A DNA stretch of 64,000 nucleotides from Octopus sinensis (taxonomy: Eukaryota), in assembly GCF_006345805.1 (NCBI RefSeq), contig NC_043004.1, positions 23,932,001 to 23,996,000 on the forward strand, in the 5' to 3' direction. The notes beneath the pieces were generated by a model that ran no database searches, was not told the DNA's origin, and was given only the letters and a program-made list of their open reading frames with translations. The position numbers and the translations under genes were made by a program. Every line of letters begins with the position of its first letter. Within the stretch, counting starts at the first letter, position 1. Positions 1 to 14,581 of the stretch are shown one piece after another.

Positions 1-962
1 GACTTCACCAGACACAACAGTATATGCTTCAACACATACACGCACACATATGCACACACATACACGCACACACACAGACACACACACACAGACACACACA
101 CATTCAGTTAAGTTTATTATTTTTTGATTTTTTTGATAATATATATTTTAGTTCAAAGATCTAGTAAGTACTTTGTTAAATTGGGTGTGGAGAATATATT
201 TAAAGAAATGTTCTCGTTGACTTTTTGGGAGAACCTTCTCGGATTCATTGTCAAACAGATCTAAGGATTTGGGGATTTGTGGTTCTATATATATAGGATT
301 TGGGTGTGTTTGGAGTGTGGTTGGTGTTTATTAATCAGTGTGGGAGTGAAAAACTTGATGAATGGTAGATGAAAGAGAGTAATGAAAGATCAACAAAAGA
401 TAATTGATTGGGGGTGGAGTTGGAAGGTGGTGGGGTGTTAAAGGAGTGTTTTGGGAAGCCATTTGAATAACTAGATGTTTTCCCAAATTCTATATTTTAG
501 TAATTTCCTATGTTTTAGGTGTGCATCTGGGATGTGTTTCATAATATATACATACACATTTGCATGTGTATGTGTGTGTGTGTCTACGTGTATAGGCACA
601 TTAATAAACATAGCTAAAAGAAAAACCGGAAAGTGGCCACTCGTAGGTATAGGGCCATCGCAGAAACGTACATGTCTATGAATTTCCACGCAACATACAT
701 TCTTGATTTATTAAAAATATCTTCGCCAGTGAAGGATGTAACATAATTACCAAGTAGGAGTTGAGATCAGCTGCATATAAGATAGAGAGATAATCAATCT
801 CAAGAGTTAAGAATTCACCATATTTGATATGTCATTAAGAAAATGAAAAGATTTATAGCCTGGAGATAAAATGGTAACTGTGGAACCTTGTTTCTGCTTC
901 AATAGCTTTCACCAGCATGACAATTATATATACATATATATATATGTATGTCATCTATCTAC

Positions 963-1608
<646 letters not shown>

Positions 1609-1730
1609 ATATCTATCTATTGTAATTCTAATTTTTGGTTTTTTTTTTCATATTTTGTATAACTTGAGATTTCTTGGGCTTTTCGACCTCCATGCAGTTA
1701 AAACTCATATACATGTGTGGGTGTGTGTGT

Positions 1731-1830
1731 NNNNNNNNNNNNNNNNNNNNNNNNNNNNNNNNNNNNNNNNNNNNNNNNNNNNNNNNNNNNNNNNNNNNNN
1801 NNNNNNNNNNNNNNNNNNNNNNNNNNNNNN
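1731..1830. other. Assembly gap (100 N)
   Basis: Run of exactly 100 N between microsatellites. Confidence 0.99.
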
Positions 1831-1944
1831 ATATTATATATAAGTATATATATTCATGCATGTAGATATATATTATTATATTATATATATATATATATAT
1901 ATGTGCGTGTGTGTGTGTATAGTGCAAAACAAAAAGGAGAATGT

Positions 1945-2990
1945 TTACTAAGAATATTCAATAGATTTATCATAATAATAGACAATTGGTGTTTCCTACG
2001 CGCGTTTCAGTTTTAAAGACTTAAATCGATATTTATACAGTTGAATTGCACTTTAAATTTGGGAAATCAAAAATTTTCCTCCATGCATGAGTTTATCGAA
2101 GCAAAACTTGGTCGTTATTTTATATATCCTAACGGATGGAGAGGTGATTTCAATTGAATTGTGTTCTGTACGTCTTGGATTCCGTTCTAAAACAGCGAGA
2201 GGCTGATTTTGACACTATTAGATAGGCATAGTTCAGAAGAACTAGATCATGTTACTATCAACCCTTTTTATTGGTGCAAACTAACTTTTTACAAGCTGGT
2301 CATTTATCATTATCTCTTCGTTAAATATATAGCTTTATAGACCCCCTTTACCACTTGTACTACCTATTTAATTGTTGTTATCTATTGGTAAAGATATAAA
2401 TCTAGGTATGTACTTATTTGCTACCTTTTACACATTTTTTTTTGTTATTCTTATAGTCAAAAGTTATATTATTTGTTACTAATATATATTATTTATTTAG
2501 ATATATTACTTGATAGTTTGGGTTTTTACTTATATTGTCTATTTAATTAATGGTATAGTTGTATGATTTATATTTACTATGTACATAGTTTTTATGTTTA
2601 CCTAAATCTTTTTCATTACAAAGAAAGTATATTTAACTTTAGAAATTTAGTTATCGTATTGTTTATACAGTGTTTATTTAGATTAAATTCATTTAAATTC
2701 AATAACTATAGATAGAATTTTTTTAAGCGTATGAATAGACAAAAATCATCTTCGCCTCTTATTAGAAGTATAATTTATTTCGAGATACTAATTGATAGTT
2801 GGATTCCTACATTATTCATCAATTTAGTGAATAGTGTATACGTACGATTCTTAGGTAGCATATACCTGTTGTTTAATTCTTTAAATAAATCTATTTAAAA
2901 TCAACGAAAGTGTATTTAACTTTAAGAATTATTCTTATGTATAATTGTATTATTCACTCAGTTTCTATTTAATTATATTCATTTCAATTT
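1945..2990 (-). mobile_element. Possible degenerate Penelope-like terminal region
   Basis: Minus strand has GAAACGCGCGTA (1997-2008), the palindromic stem III typical of PLE minimal hammerheads, but the CUGANGA core has decayed. AT-rich internal repeats follow. Confidence 0.3.
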
Positions 2991-2994
2991 GTAG

Positions 2995-3136
2995 TAAGTA
3001 GCTTGCTTACCAACCACATGGTTCGGGGTTCACTCCCACTGCGTGACCACTTCGGGAGGTATCTTCTACTATAGCCTCGGGCCGATCCGAAAGCCTTGTG
3101 AGTGGAATTGATAGACGGAAACTGAAGACACCCGTC

Positions 3137-3218
<82 letters not shown>

Positions 3219-3238
3219 ATGTATATATATATATGGTG

Positions 3239-3270
<32 letters not shown>

Positions 3271-3300
3271 CGTGTGTGTGTTCATGTCTGTGTTTGTCCC
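2995..3300 (+). mobile_element. tRNA-headed SINE family A (head plus internal (TA)n(TG)n)
   Basis: GTAAGTAGCTTGCTTACCAACCACATGGTTCGGGGTTCACTCCCACTGCG...GACGGAAACTGAAG, shared with many copies in the window. Confidence 0.85.
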
Positions 3301-3644
3301 CAAACTTTTGGCCACACGGTACTCCCGGCTTTCAACTGGAACACAGTTTCTCACAATTAAGTGAGAAAAAAATTCACTCCTGTAGGCAGACGAAAGCTCA
3401 GAATCCAGTGAGGACTCATTGCTTGTACAAAAAATAAATAATACAAACAACGAATCCCACTGGACCCAAAAAGCAAAAAGTCTTATCTTACAGTAGAGCC
3501 TCTTTCAGTAACAGTTTCGTCCGCTGGAAACCAGCTTAACGACTTCGATGGTACAATGAAGATAACTGAACTACCGGAACCGGAAGCAATCTTCTTACCA
3601 CACAACCATGTCTGCGCCTGTATGTATGTTAAATATTTCACCGA

Positions 3645-3762
3645 GGAAGACTTAGACTTTCATCATTTAAGGGTCGAAAATGAGTACCAGTTGAACACTA
3701 GGGTCAATGGAATCGACTAACCCACTCCCCGAAATTGCTGACTTGTGCCAAAATTTGAAACG
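3645..3762 (+). mobile_element. SINE family B, 3' half
   Basis: GGGTCGAAAATGAGTACCAGTTG...CCCCGAAATTGCTGACTTGTGCCAAAATTTGAAAC matches 17393-17613. Confidence 0.75.
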
Positions 3763-5309
3763 AAATGTTAAACCACATGATAAATATACGTCCTTGTGAA
3801 AACTAATTTCTAAAGAGTGCTCAATGAAAGACAGGGCCCAGGAAAAAAGCCGCACGTAACATACTGTACACACTGATGACGTCATTAGAACACTAACCAT
3901 TTCTGCGATATTAGGTCTGTGACAAACACTGAGTACTATTCTAAATAAGTTCTTTTAATATATCACTTTATGTTAAATTCTCGTGTTTCTTCGTTTTAGC
4001 TGTGTCCATACATTTCATGTAGAATTACTGTAAATTTGATCTTTTCTTCTGTTTATGCACAAAGAACTATACTGAGATTAGCTACGAGTTATTTATTTAA
4101 ATGATTTACATAGATACGTACATATACGCATACATGGAAGTATATGTGTATATATATATATACATATGAATGTGTATGCCTATGTGTTTGAGTGTGTTTG
4201 CGTGTATATAAGTGTGGGGGGTATGTATACATGTATAGGGTATGTGTTTGTATGTATTCCTGTGTATTATATAAGTCTGTATGCATGAATAGTAACTTCA
4301 TTTAAAATGAAACTGAGAGAGCATTCTAGTGATAAATTCAACCTGAACACTAGACACAAGACAAAGAAAAGTTGTTTCAGATGAAAGTTAAGTTTCATGT
4401 TTCCTTTGCGTAGTTTGATGTCGATTAACACATCAAACAGCAAAACAAACAAAATAATAACATTTCAAATTATAAATGTCAAATGTTGTAAGTGGTGCTG
4501 TAATTTAATATACAAAGCCTAAATTCAACATTTACTAAATGTGTTACTTTTATTTTCAATGTATGTATTTTCGGAAATGGCGTAACGTCTTAAAAAAGTT
4601 AAAGAAAAATAATCATTTCACATTTTTTTTTTCTGTGGGTCGACTTGGTGCAATAAATAATAGTCACGTTGATTCCTGCATATGTAGCATAAGTAGCCTA
4701 AATAGCTATGCTGTGTCAATGCTCTTTGATTTTATTCTATATTTATAAATGCTTGGTGTATAAATGATTACATCTGAAGTAAAATTGTTATGGAGAACAG
4801 ATAATATAAGCAAAATATATTAGACACAAAGTGGTTAATTGTTGATGTGAATACGTATAGTTCTGATGAATGTGACTAGAGTCTATTCATCTGAAGTAAG
4901 AGAGTGAACACTTCCTGCAGCTTCGGGTCCACATTGTTTCACTTTATTTTTATCTTTTTCAATTGACCATAAACTTTATTATACACGTATGTATACCAAT
5001 CAACCTCAGAGGAATTTGAACACAAAATTAATGATCGGTAACCAAATACTTCCGACAAACCACCGTAAGATAATCTTCAAGTAATGCTATATTCTATCAT
5101 ATTCATAGAACCACAAAACTGAGGGGATAGAAGAATCGATTATAGGGATTCCATTACTTCAATAGTTTACTTTATCGACCTTGTAAGAAATTTCCTCTCG
5201 AAGTCAGCAACGTTAATGCGGCGCAGAGGATAATACCATAACATGCAACATCATTAAAGCCAAACATGTAATCTGTGTTGTGTAAGAAGAAATAAATCGA
5301 TTACATTGC

Positions 5310-5680
5310 TGAAGTGGTACTTATTTTATTGTCCCCGAAAGGATAAAAGTCTAAGCCATTCTTGGCGGTTTTTGAACTCAGAACATAAGGACTGACGAAA
5401 TGCTGCTAAGCATTAAGCCCGGCTACGATTCTCCTAAACTCGCCACCTTACAAATATCACTGAAATATTGTTCTACTTTTGAAAATGGAAACGGTTATTG
5501 AGGGATAACATAATTACAGGTTTTAGGAAATATCCTTTGCTACACTAAATTTTGGAGAAGCGGTGGGGGTGGGGACAGTCGATTTGATCGACCCCAGTAC
5601 GCAACTGGTACTTAATTTATCGACGCTGAAAGGATGAAAGGCAAAGTCGACCTCGGCGGAATTGAACTCGCCGCCTTGGG
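5310..5680 (-). mobile_element. Two adjacent SINE family B copies
   Basis: Reverse complements of the family B head/body at about 5310-5450 and 5505-5680. Confidence 0.75.
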
Positions 5681-6084
5681 ATCTAAGAAAATATTGGAAC
5701 ACACTTGCTCATGTCTCTTCTCAATATGGTTTGACTGGGATCTAAACAACACTAACGCTTTATCTCGTCTCAAAATTGAGGTTACATGCAAGAATTCTAA
5801 AGCATCAACCAACGAACTGCTACATATTTCAAATTTCTGATACACACGCGCGCACACACACACGCGTGCGCGCACAAGTACATGTCTGCTGACTTTTTCT
5901 GTCATATAAGGGTAAAATACCCAAATACCCAATATAGCTGTTTCCACGGCTATATTGCGTTCGAAATATTATTTTCTTGTCTGTATGATACGATACACAT
6001 TCTACGCTTCCAAAACAAAATAATAAAAAAGTTTGTTTACACACACAGATACACACACATATACACACACACAATTGGTTTGTT

Positions 6085-6229
6085 TCAATTTCCGTCTACC
6101 ATATCCACTAACAAAACTTTGATTGATATCAGGTTATATTAGAAGATGCTTGCCCAGTGCCACGCAGTGGGATTGAACCTGGTACCAAGTAGTTGAAAAG
6201 CAAACTTCTTACCACACAGCCACACCTAC

Positions 6230-6230
<1 letters not shown>
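6085..6230 (-). mobile_element. SINE family A head
   Basis: TGCCACGCAGTGGGATTGAACC...CTTCTTACCACACAGCCAC is the reverse complement of the family A head. Confidence 0.8.
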
Positions 6231-6293
<63 letters not shown>

Positions 6294-6319
6294 CTCTCCC
6301 TCTCTCTATCTATCTATCA

Positions 6320-6730
6320 AGTGCAGGCGTGGCTGATTAGTAAGAAGTTTGCTTTCCAACTACTTGGTACTATGTTCAGACCCACTGCGTGACAGCTTGA
6401 CCAGTGTCTCCTACTAAAGTCCGTGCCCAAGTAAAGCTTTGTGAGTGGATATGATAGACAGAAATCGAAACAAACCTATTGTATATATGGGTGAGTGTGA
6501 CTGTGTGCGTGCGCGCGCACGTCTAGTTGTGTGTGTGTGTTAGCGTGTGTGTGTGTGCGCGCGCGCGTGTGTGTTGTCTTGATATCGCGTGTGTGTCCTT
6601 GTCTTGATATCGCGTGTGTGTCCTTGTCTTGATATCGCGTGACAACTGTAAACATGATTGATCATGGGGAAATGTTACCTTACTTGGAAACAGGTGTGGG
6701 TTGGCGAGAGGAAGGAAGTGCGGCCGTAAC
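6320..6730 (+). mobile_element. SINE family A head, internal microsatellite and 3' segment with a 25-bp tandem triplication
   Basis: GCAGGCGTGGCTG...CCCACTGCGTG head; TTGTCTTGATATCGCGTGTGTGTCC x2.7 at 6574-6641. Confidence 0.75.
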
Positions 6731-6807
6731 AAATCGACTTCAAGTTAATTCTGTCTGAGTATGCAAGCACAGAAAAAAGTAGAGGTTGAAACAATGATGG
6801 TGAATAT

Positions 6808-6880
<73 letters not shown>

Positions 6881-6970
6881 ATCTCTGAACGAGATATAAA
6901 CAGTCGCTGCACGACATCGCGAAGTATACTGTTTATACCTACATCTACTGTTTATACCCCGTTCCGAGAT
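6881..6970. mobile_element. 90-bp fold-back mini-MITE
   Basis: 24-bp terminal inverted repeats at 6881-6904 and 6947-6970 (21/24 match), next to a (TA)n run. Confidence 0.6.
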
Positions 6971-7266
6971 TAATTATTGCTTGCTTACACTTTTCCGAGA
7001 TCAGTGACTTTCCGTCACTGGAAAAAGGATATATATTTGCATCGGGAACCACTTTTCATCGACAACCGGTGATTGTCATACGCTGATGACGGGTCAATAT
7101 TCAGAAGCTCGAGTCCGTGTGTATCATGTCATGTTGAAGAAAAGAAGGATGGCTTCCCTTTGTGAATACTGACAGTGCACAGAAAGTGTCAATAGCCAGC
7201 TGGAGGATGTCTCCTCCTAGGGCTACAAGCTACGGTAGCATCCACCCTTACGGGTTAGCCACTTTA

Positions 7267-7324
<58 letters not shown>

Positions 7325-7514
7325 TGGATTCCTTAAATTATGTTCACATTTTCAGGAAATAATGACACATACGGATAACTCCTGGGATAACTCCTTCTAC
7401 CTGGGATAAATTGGTTGCACGTAATACATTGATAGAACTCAAATTCAAAAGGTATATTTAATCGTGGAAATTGTATAGATAATTTATGATCAGCCAGTAC
7501 ACACGCACGAACGT

Positions 7515-7556
<42 letters not shown>

Positions 7557-8479
7557 GTATATTTATATTACGCTCAGTTTCTGAAAACTAGTTTCATGTT
7601 TTTGAAAACAGTTTTTCACATTTACCATCTAATGGCTTTCTTTCTCTTTCAGCGGTGATTATAACATTTAATACGACATGTCTTTGAAAAATCTGAGCAG
7701 ATAATTCGTTCTTAATTTAATTGTACAGAATGTTTCTCTTGTAATAATCGAGGAAAGGGCAGACTATAATGCTGGGTATTTTTTTTTATATAATATATAG
7801 TGTGTATAAACGCCGTTTAACCTATATTGCGAAGACATGTCACTGACTAAATTATCTTGTAAAGATAAAAAAAATGATAGCATTTAGTTATTTTACTTTC
7901 TCATAAGACAGTCAGGAAATAAGAAATAAACGAAACTGGAGAATTACCTCTGCTTTTAGATGAAGTACAGTTTTAAAAGTTGGCTAATATATCGACGGCA
8001 AATTGTATAATATAAATCTAGAGGAAATAGAGCGTCTTTATTGGCAATTCCGTTTTATTTAATTAGTCAAGGCTATTAGATGATTCGGATTGCGTTTCTT
8101 TTCTAGCAACTACTACAGTCCTTAATCTATTACAAATCACACAAGTTATTTTCTGTGCAATATCTTTCGGATGTCACATGTAGGACAATGTGCTTACCGT
8201 ACATATTACTTATAACATTCAGGATGGAACGGAGGTGCATTTCCTTAGTTGCTCGAACTGCTAGAAATAAAAGTACAAGTTCACTCAGATCGTCTATATT
8301 GATAGAACCAGGTACAGTTAATGATAAAACGACGTGATGGCCACGGCTAGGAAAATTTTGATCATAGTTTCGGTAGATCACATTTTGACCTGATCCTAAT
8401 ACACACACATTTGACATGATCTAAATACACACATGCACGCGCACATTCGTTTTGGGATCACCAGTACTTTATTATCTCC

Positions 8480-8720
8480 TCTTCTTCCTAGCTCCCCTGT
8501 TCAACTACATTTTCCCAACCATTCATCATGATTGACCGCTTAACTCACAAGTTCTTTTTATTCTCTCTCTGTTTATTTCCTCATGTTCCTTTCTGTTGAA
8601 GAGCGTGAGCTTGAAATGTAAAAGATTTCCTCACCTTCCTGAGCATCAGACTATTACATCTGCTTGTTGTATATAAGCCTGACTTGGTTTTTTTGTTTTT
8701 CTGTACATTTGAGCTATATA
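8480..8720 (+). mobile_element. Penelope-type terminal repeat relic with decayed hammerhead-like motif
   Basis: CTGTTGA-A-GAGCGTGAGCTT-GAAATG near 8590-8615; same layout as the motif at 51584-51608. Confidence 0.45.
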
Positions 8721-9414
8721 TATAAATGAGGGTTAAGGAAAATAAAGAAGCAAGCTGACATCTGGGCTACAAGGCCTGGTTTCGTTCAGAAATAACGATG
8801 ACATTTGCTGCAGGTTATGTCACTTCGTTACGCCTCTTCGTTCTCTGTTGTTTCTCCTCAATGCCTGAAAATACGAGTTTCAGTAATCGGTGCCATTCAT
8901 CCTACCAGATACCTAGATATAGACTGTTGTCTTACTTTATTGAACAATTCAGGAGACTCCATGAGAATGTGTTCTTTAATTTTCTAAGAATCGATACCGA
9001 AACAGAATCGAGACCTACCCTACAGGTAAAAATATGTAAACATCCAAGTGAAACATTGTATCTTAAAATCCTAACTGGATTTTGTACGCGCGATTCTCTG
9101 GTTTTTAGAACTAACGCATTCTTATAATATATGAAATCGGTTGACTAATGGATAGCGTAAACTGGAATAGAATATAAATTGAATAGTGAAAATTAATTAA
9201 GAACGGCTGAATTTCTCCATTGATTGCTATAATTATTTCAGATTTTTTCAACGCTATTTCTTCTCTTAAGGCCTTTCCTAATTTTATAACATTTAATTTT
9301 TTCCATTTCTTTAATAGAATGAAAGTTCATTATTTTCCTTTTTTATATTTTACTTGAAAACTAAAAATACAAGTAGTAATTATTATCATCAATATTATCT
9401 CATGGCTACTGTGG

Positions 9415-9445
9415 TTGCTCTTGTTATTATCATCATTGTTGTTGC

Positions 9446-9488
<43 letters not shown>

Positions 9489-9585
9489 GTTGTTGTTGTT
9501 GTTGTTATTATTCTTATTGTTGTTATTATTATTATTATTATTTTTATTATTATTGTTATTGTTATTGTTATTGTTATCATCATGC
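9415..9585. repeat. (TAT/TGT)n compound trinucleotide microsatellite
   Basis: Source of the poly-N/I/L pseudo-ORFs. Confidence 0.95.
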
Positions 9586-11924
9586 ATACTGAGCTGATGA
9601 GATATGATGTAGAAAAATAATTAGTTTTTTTGCACCATTTTAAGAATTTGCTTTGCGGATTTCTGTTCATTTTGTTGTAGAGCCAACCTAGATCTCTAGG
9701 GGTTGGTTGTTCTTTTATTTCGTTCAACTTTTTAAACTAAGAAACTACCTTAAGTAATATGTTTTGTTTTAGGAGAAAATGGCAACCGATGTTTCCCCCT
9801 TGTGTGAGAATGATCTAATATTTATTCTTGAGTATTGGAGCAGCGAGGGAAGCCAAATGAGCAAAAGCCTGTTGGACTGCAACAAACATACTAAAGAACA
9901 ACACCTCAATTAGCCTCCTCCGCTAATAACAGCATCAACAACAATTCCTACAACGAAAACAGCTATCTTCAGAGCATAGACGGAAAGCAGTTAATAACGA
10001 CAAGGAAAACCTAGCGTAAAAAGTAGAAAAGACAATTTTTAACAATAACTGACTTTTGGAAACATCAGCACATTCAAAACCAACTCTACCAAAGCCACCA
10101 CCACCAATACCGACATCGAATCGAGGCAGTTGATAAAATTCCCTTTATCAACAACAGCGGCTCCAACAAATACAATACTTTTGTTACCATCGTCATTGTG
10201 ACATGCCCACAAACACAACGACCGAGACTACACCGCAGCATTAACTAAAACGCTCGAAGAACGCTCTTTAATATGTAAGCAGGATTTAAACTTGAAAAAC
10301 AAAACATTGTCTAACAGGACTTCCGGATGTCATCAGAAGAAAAATTAAATATTAAACAAAGAACTCTAAAATTTAGTTTTATATGATTGTTACCGGAATG
10401 GCCAAACCTATCACTCCAGCACAAGCAAGAAAATACACGCGGCAGGTGTAGGACTTTCTATGACACGTTAGGGAAGCAAGTGAGATGTGCTAACCATATA
10501 TCTCATTGGATATATATGGTTCCTCTCTGAGGAATATTTACTACCGTCGACATCTATGGAAAAGCATACACTAAAGCAAGCTTCACATATACGGCACCAT
10601 ATTTGAAATAATACTTTAGTATGAATCTAAAAGAACACGGGAAAATTATCAGCAGGAAATCCACTCCCGATAATAAACGGTTAAAAAAATACGGTACAAA
10701 CATTGACCACCCAAAAAACGTGGTGAACATTTGAATCGTGTGAGAGATCTAATGAGATTTGTGGTATATGGCTGGGCGCTCGAGGTGCTATGCTTAGGGT
10801 AGTACAGAGAACTTTGTCCTTTAGCAAAAAAAAATTAAAGCCACCTTGATCCCAGTACCAAACCCACATCAATATCAATTGCAACAAACACAACAACAAC
10901 AATAACAACAGAAAATGCAACTTTGAAGAATATCAGCAAAAACAACTGGTACAAATCCAAAATGAAATGTCAAACGTTGTCAACACTACTCTTTTCTAGA
11001 CAAGAACTAGCTTATTAGAGTTAAACATCTGAGGATAATACAAGCACATTTATCAGCAACAGTTATCCCCCAAAGATTCAAATAACAATAAAAGGTGCAA
11101 TGGTTGAGGCCGTCATCACGGAAACGAACTAATGAAAATGTATACAATTGTATATCGCCCCACCCAGCTCATTTGCTTTCAACAACCTTTGTATTGAGAT
11201 AGAGAAACAGAATAGCTGTTTATGTATAGATATACACAAAAACTACGACATGGAGATCCTTTGACTGAGATGCTATCACTTTTGTCAGATACTTCGGTCT
11301 ACAGCTCGTCACTAACGAAAATCTGGTTTTGTGCCAAGAGAAGACCAAGTAAGGCTAGTTAATATTTGAAATGTTACCAGGGTCTCAAAAAACTCTCTCT
11401 GTTTGGGCAATTCAATCGGTAGATACTCTACGTTAGCTTTCTACAGAGGACTACTCGTGCGCAAGATGAACGGACTTCTTGAGGAAACAGCTGTCGGCGG
11501 GAATCAACTAGCTGGTTTGTTCCAGAGGACTATGGGTGCTTTTAAGAATTTCCTAGTCTGGTAGTCATAACTAGCGAGATACCGTTTCAATATAAACCTG
11601 ACAATCACAGAAATACCGTCGGTTGTGCATATCTAGGATTTGTGCAGAGACGATGGTTGCAGTGAAAGTGGTTGTTCTTCTTCAACCAAACCTCCACCGA
11701 CGTTTTGCAGTTGCACATGGGAAGGAAGACGATGGCTGATAGGGTGATGCTTCCCGCTACAAAATAAATTTGTTGAAGCGTGGAGAATGGGGAGAACCTA
11801 ACCTGCCTAAACATTTCTGCTTTTTTATAAGAGTTGGAGGAAAATTTGTTTCCCTTGTAACATTTCGAACGGTACAACAGACAGAATACACCTTAGCTGA
11901 CAATTACATTATTATTACAATCGT

Positions 11925-12355
11925 GCGAATGGTGGTTATCTGGCACAATTGTTAGCATGACGGGGAAAATGCTTAGCGGCATTTCATCCCTTCTTACTTT
12001 CTGAATTCAAATTCCACCGCAGTAGACTTTGCCTTTCGCACTTTCGGGGTTGCTAAAATAAAGTACAAGTTGAGTGCTAGGGTCGTTGTAATTGACTTAA
12101 CTACTTCCTCGAAATTGCTGACCTTGTGTCAAAATTTGAAACCATTATTACAATCACGGGCGACAAGCTGATAGAATGATTAGCACGCCAGACAAAATGC
12201 CTAGGGTCATTTCATCTGTCTTTACGTTGTGAGTTCAAACTACGCCGAGATCGAATTTGTCTTCATTCCTTTAGAGGTGGATAAAATAAGTACCAACTGA
12301 ATACTTAGATCGAAGTAATTGACTACCCCTTTCCCTAAAATTTCAGGCCTTATGG
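11925..12355 (+). mobile_element. Two tandem SINE family B copies
   Basis: Each has the tRNA-like B box (TGAATTCAAATTCC / TGAGTTCAAAC) and the GATAAAATAAGTAC body. Confidence 0.8.
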
Positions 12356-12361
12356 CTATAA

Positions 12362-12575
12362 GAGGGGGTACTGAAAAGTTCCTGGCTTTGGATGAAAGAA
12401 AATACAGGAGAACCAGTTAATTCTTATTTTATTCAACATATTTTCCTCTCAGGTTCACGCATTTATTGCAGCAGTCCTTCAGATTGTCTAAGCCCTGCAA
12501 AAGAACTCGAAATGTTAGGCTTCTGACCTGAGCTTTCGTGATATACTAAAGCAACGAACTTTTCAATACCACCTT
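12362..12575. mobile_element. Mariner-derived MITE (about 214 bp)
   Basis: TIRs GAGGGGGTACTGAAAAGTTC (12362-12381) and GAACTTTTCAATACCCACCT (12556-12575), 16/20 match; resembles the mariner end at about 22900-22929. Confidence 0.7.
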
Positions 12576-13974
12576 GTGGTAGAAAACATTATTATAGTCA
12601 TTAGCAGTAGCGGACAGGGTCTAAAAATATTGGATGCCAGGAGACTAAAATGGCCCACCCGCAACTACAATGGCATCATTTAATTTTTTTTTTATTAAAA
12701 GTATTCTTTTCATATGTCTACAAACACAGCCAGGCTAAAATAATTAATGAATTCTTCCAGGAAACTTGAGGGGATGGCCCCTTAGATACTAACATGGTTA
12801 CCCATATATGGATTCACATCGGGCAAGCTGGTAACCAGGCCAAGTCTGCCACTGGTCATTAGAAAATCGAACAAAACGCTTTGCAGGTATTATTGTACCT
12901 CTCTCAGTGTTCAAACCCCCCTGGTGTTAGCTTTGCCTTTTATTCTGCCCTTAAACTTAGTACCAGTCAAGTATTGGAGTCATTATAGTCGACTTACTGC
13001 CCCCACCCACTAAACTTGCAGGCCTTATGCCAATATTTGAAACCGTTATTATTCTATTATCTGAATATATTTTCATTTGGTATGAGCTCTGTACATATGT
13101 TCAACATGACCTTATGTTAAAATGCTTGTACCTAATGGATCTAAAACTGAGATTAGATAAACTATAATTGTCTCATGTTCGTAATTAAAAATATATAGAT
13201 ATATATTTCATTCAATTATCTGAATAAAAATAGAATCTTGATTTTCTTTCCTTCTTATTCATTTATTCATATTTTTTTTTCAAATATACGAAACTATAAA
13301 TTAATAAGAGTTGATATCTAATCGTTGCATGGAAATTATATACGTATTACTATAATACGAAAATGTTAGAATCATATTGGACATTACTTATCTTTAAAAT
13401 GAAGCTTAATGTATGGCACATTCCATTAGTCATAACAAAAATTCGCATTAAATTCACTATATCTAATATTGTTATTTCATTTTTTGACAGAAACATTTAA
13501 CAAAATTTAAAAGACAAACACAATCAATAAGTTGCTGCGTATGTGTAAACGTTTATGCTTATTGCGGCTTAGATTCAAGATAGGAGAATGCAAAGCAACA
13601 TTTGAAAAATAGATATTAAATACGACCTGCTACAATCATTTTTAAAAGGCAACAGATTAGTGTAATACATGATATGTATGTATTAATTCATTTTTAAATG
13701 GTTATTATGCTCAATTTTCTATCATCTATTCTTTGTATATGACGTATTACAAACAAATGAAATAAAGCCTTGAATTAAAACGATATGAAAAGAAAACTTG
13801 AAATGTTATAGAGCAGAAAGTAAGGTATACTTCACTGAAAAATCAGGAATGTATTCCCAATCCAACAAAGGGTTTTTTCAAAAATTTTTTTTTTTAATTT
13901 CGCACACTTAGGGATAGAGCACAGGAGCTTTATATCACCGTCAATCTTTTACTCGCTTCAGTCATTAGACGGCG

Positions 13975-14245
13975 CCCATGTACCGGCGCCACCTTGAAGA
14001 ATTTTTAGTCGAATGAATTGACCACAGTTCTTATTTTTTGTTAAGGATAGTACTGTCGGTCTCTTTTGCCGAACTGCTAAAATGCTGGGGCGTAAACACA
14101 CCAGCATCGGTTGGCAAGCGGTACTGGGGAAAACACAGACACAAACACAAACACACACACACGCATACAAACACATACATACATACATACATACATACAT
14201 ACATACATACATACATACATACATACATACATACATACATACATC
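13975..14245 (-). mobile_element. SINE family A 3' tail plus (CATA)n
   Basis: TCGGTCTCTTTTGCCGAACTGCTAA...ACACACCAGCATCGGTTG matches 19775-19950 and the reverse complement of 35140-35390. Confidence 0.8.
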
Positions 14246-14520
14246 AAGAATAATGTAGAGCAAATTTGAACATTACGGGCTTTGCACGAGAACTTATACA
14301 ATCGAGTAAGTTTAAAAAACATTCCAGCGATGATAATTCCAACACTTTTAGAACACAGGGTTCTAGGAATTACATTAATTCAATATCTAACAGTTTATCT
14401 GAGGCCATTTAGTTTCTATGTCAAGTAGGTTGAAGAACAACATCCCTCCTAATCAGGTTTCCGTAACTTTGTGTAACTATATTGGTTGTGGGTGAAGTGT
14501 TTATTTTGATATCGATATAC

Positions 14521-14581
<61 letters not shown>

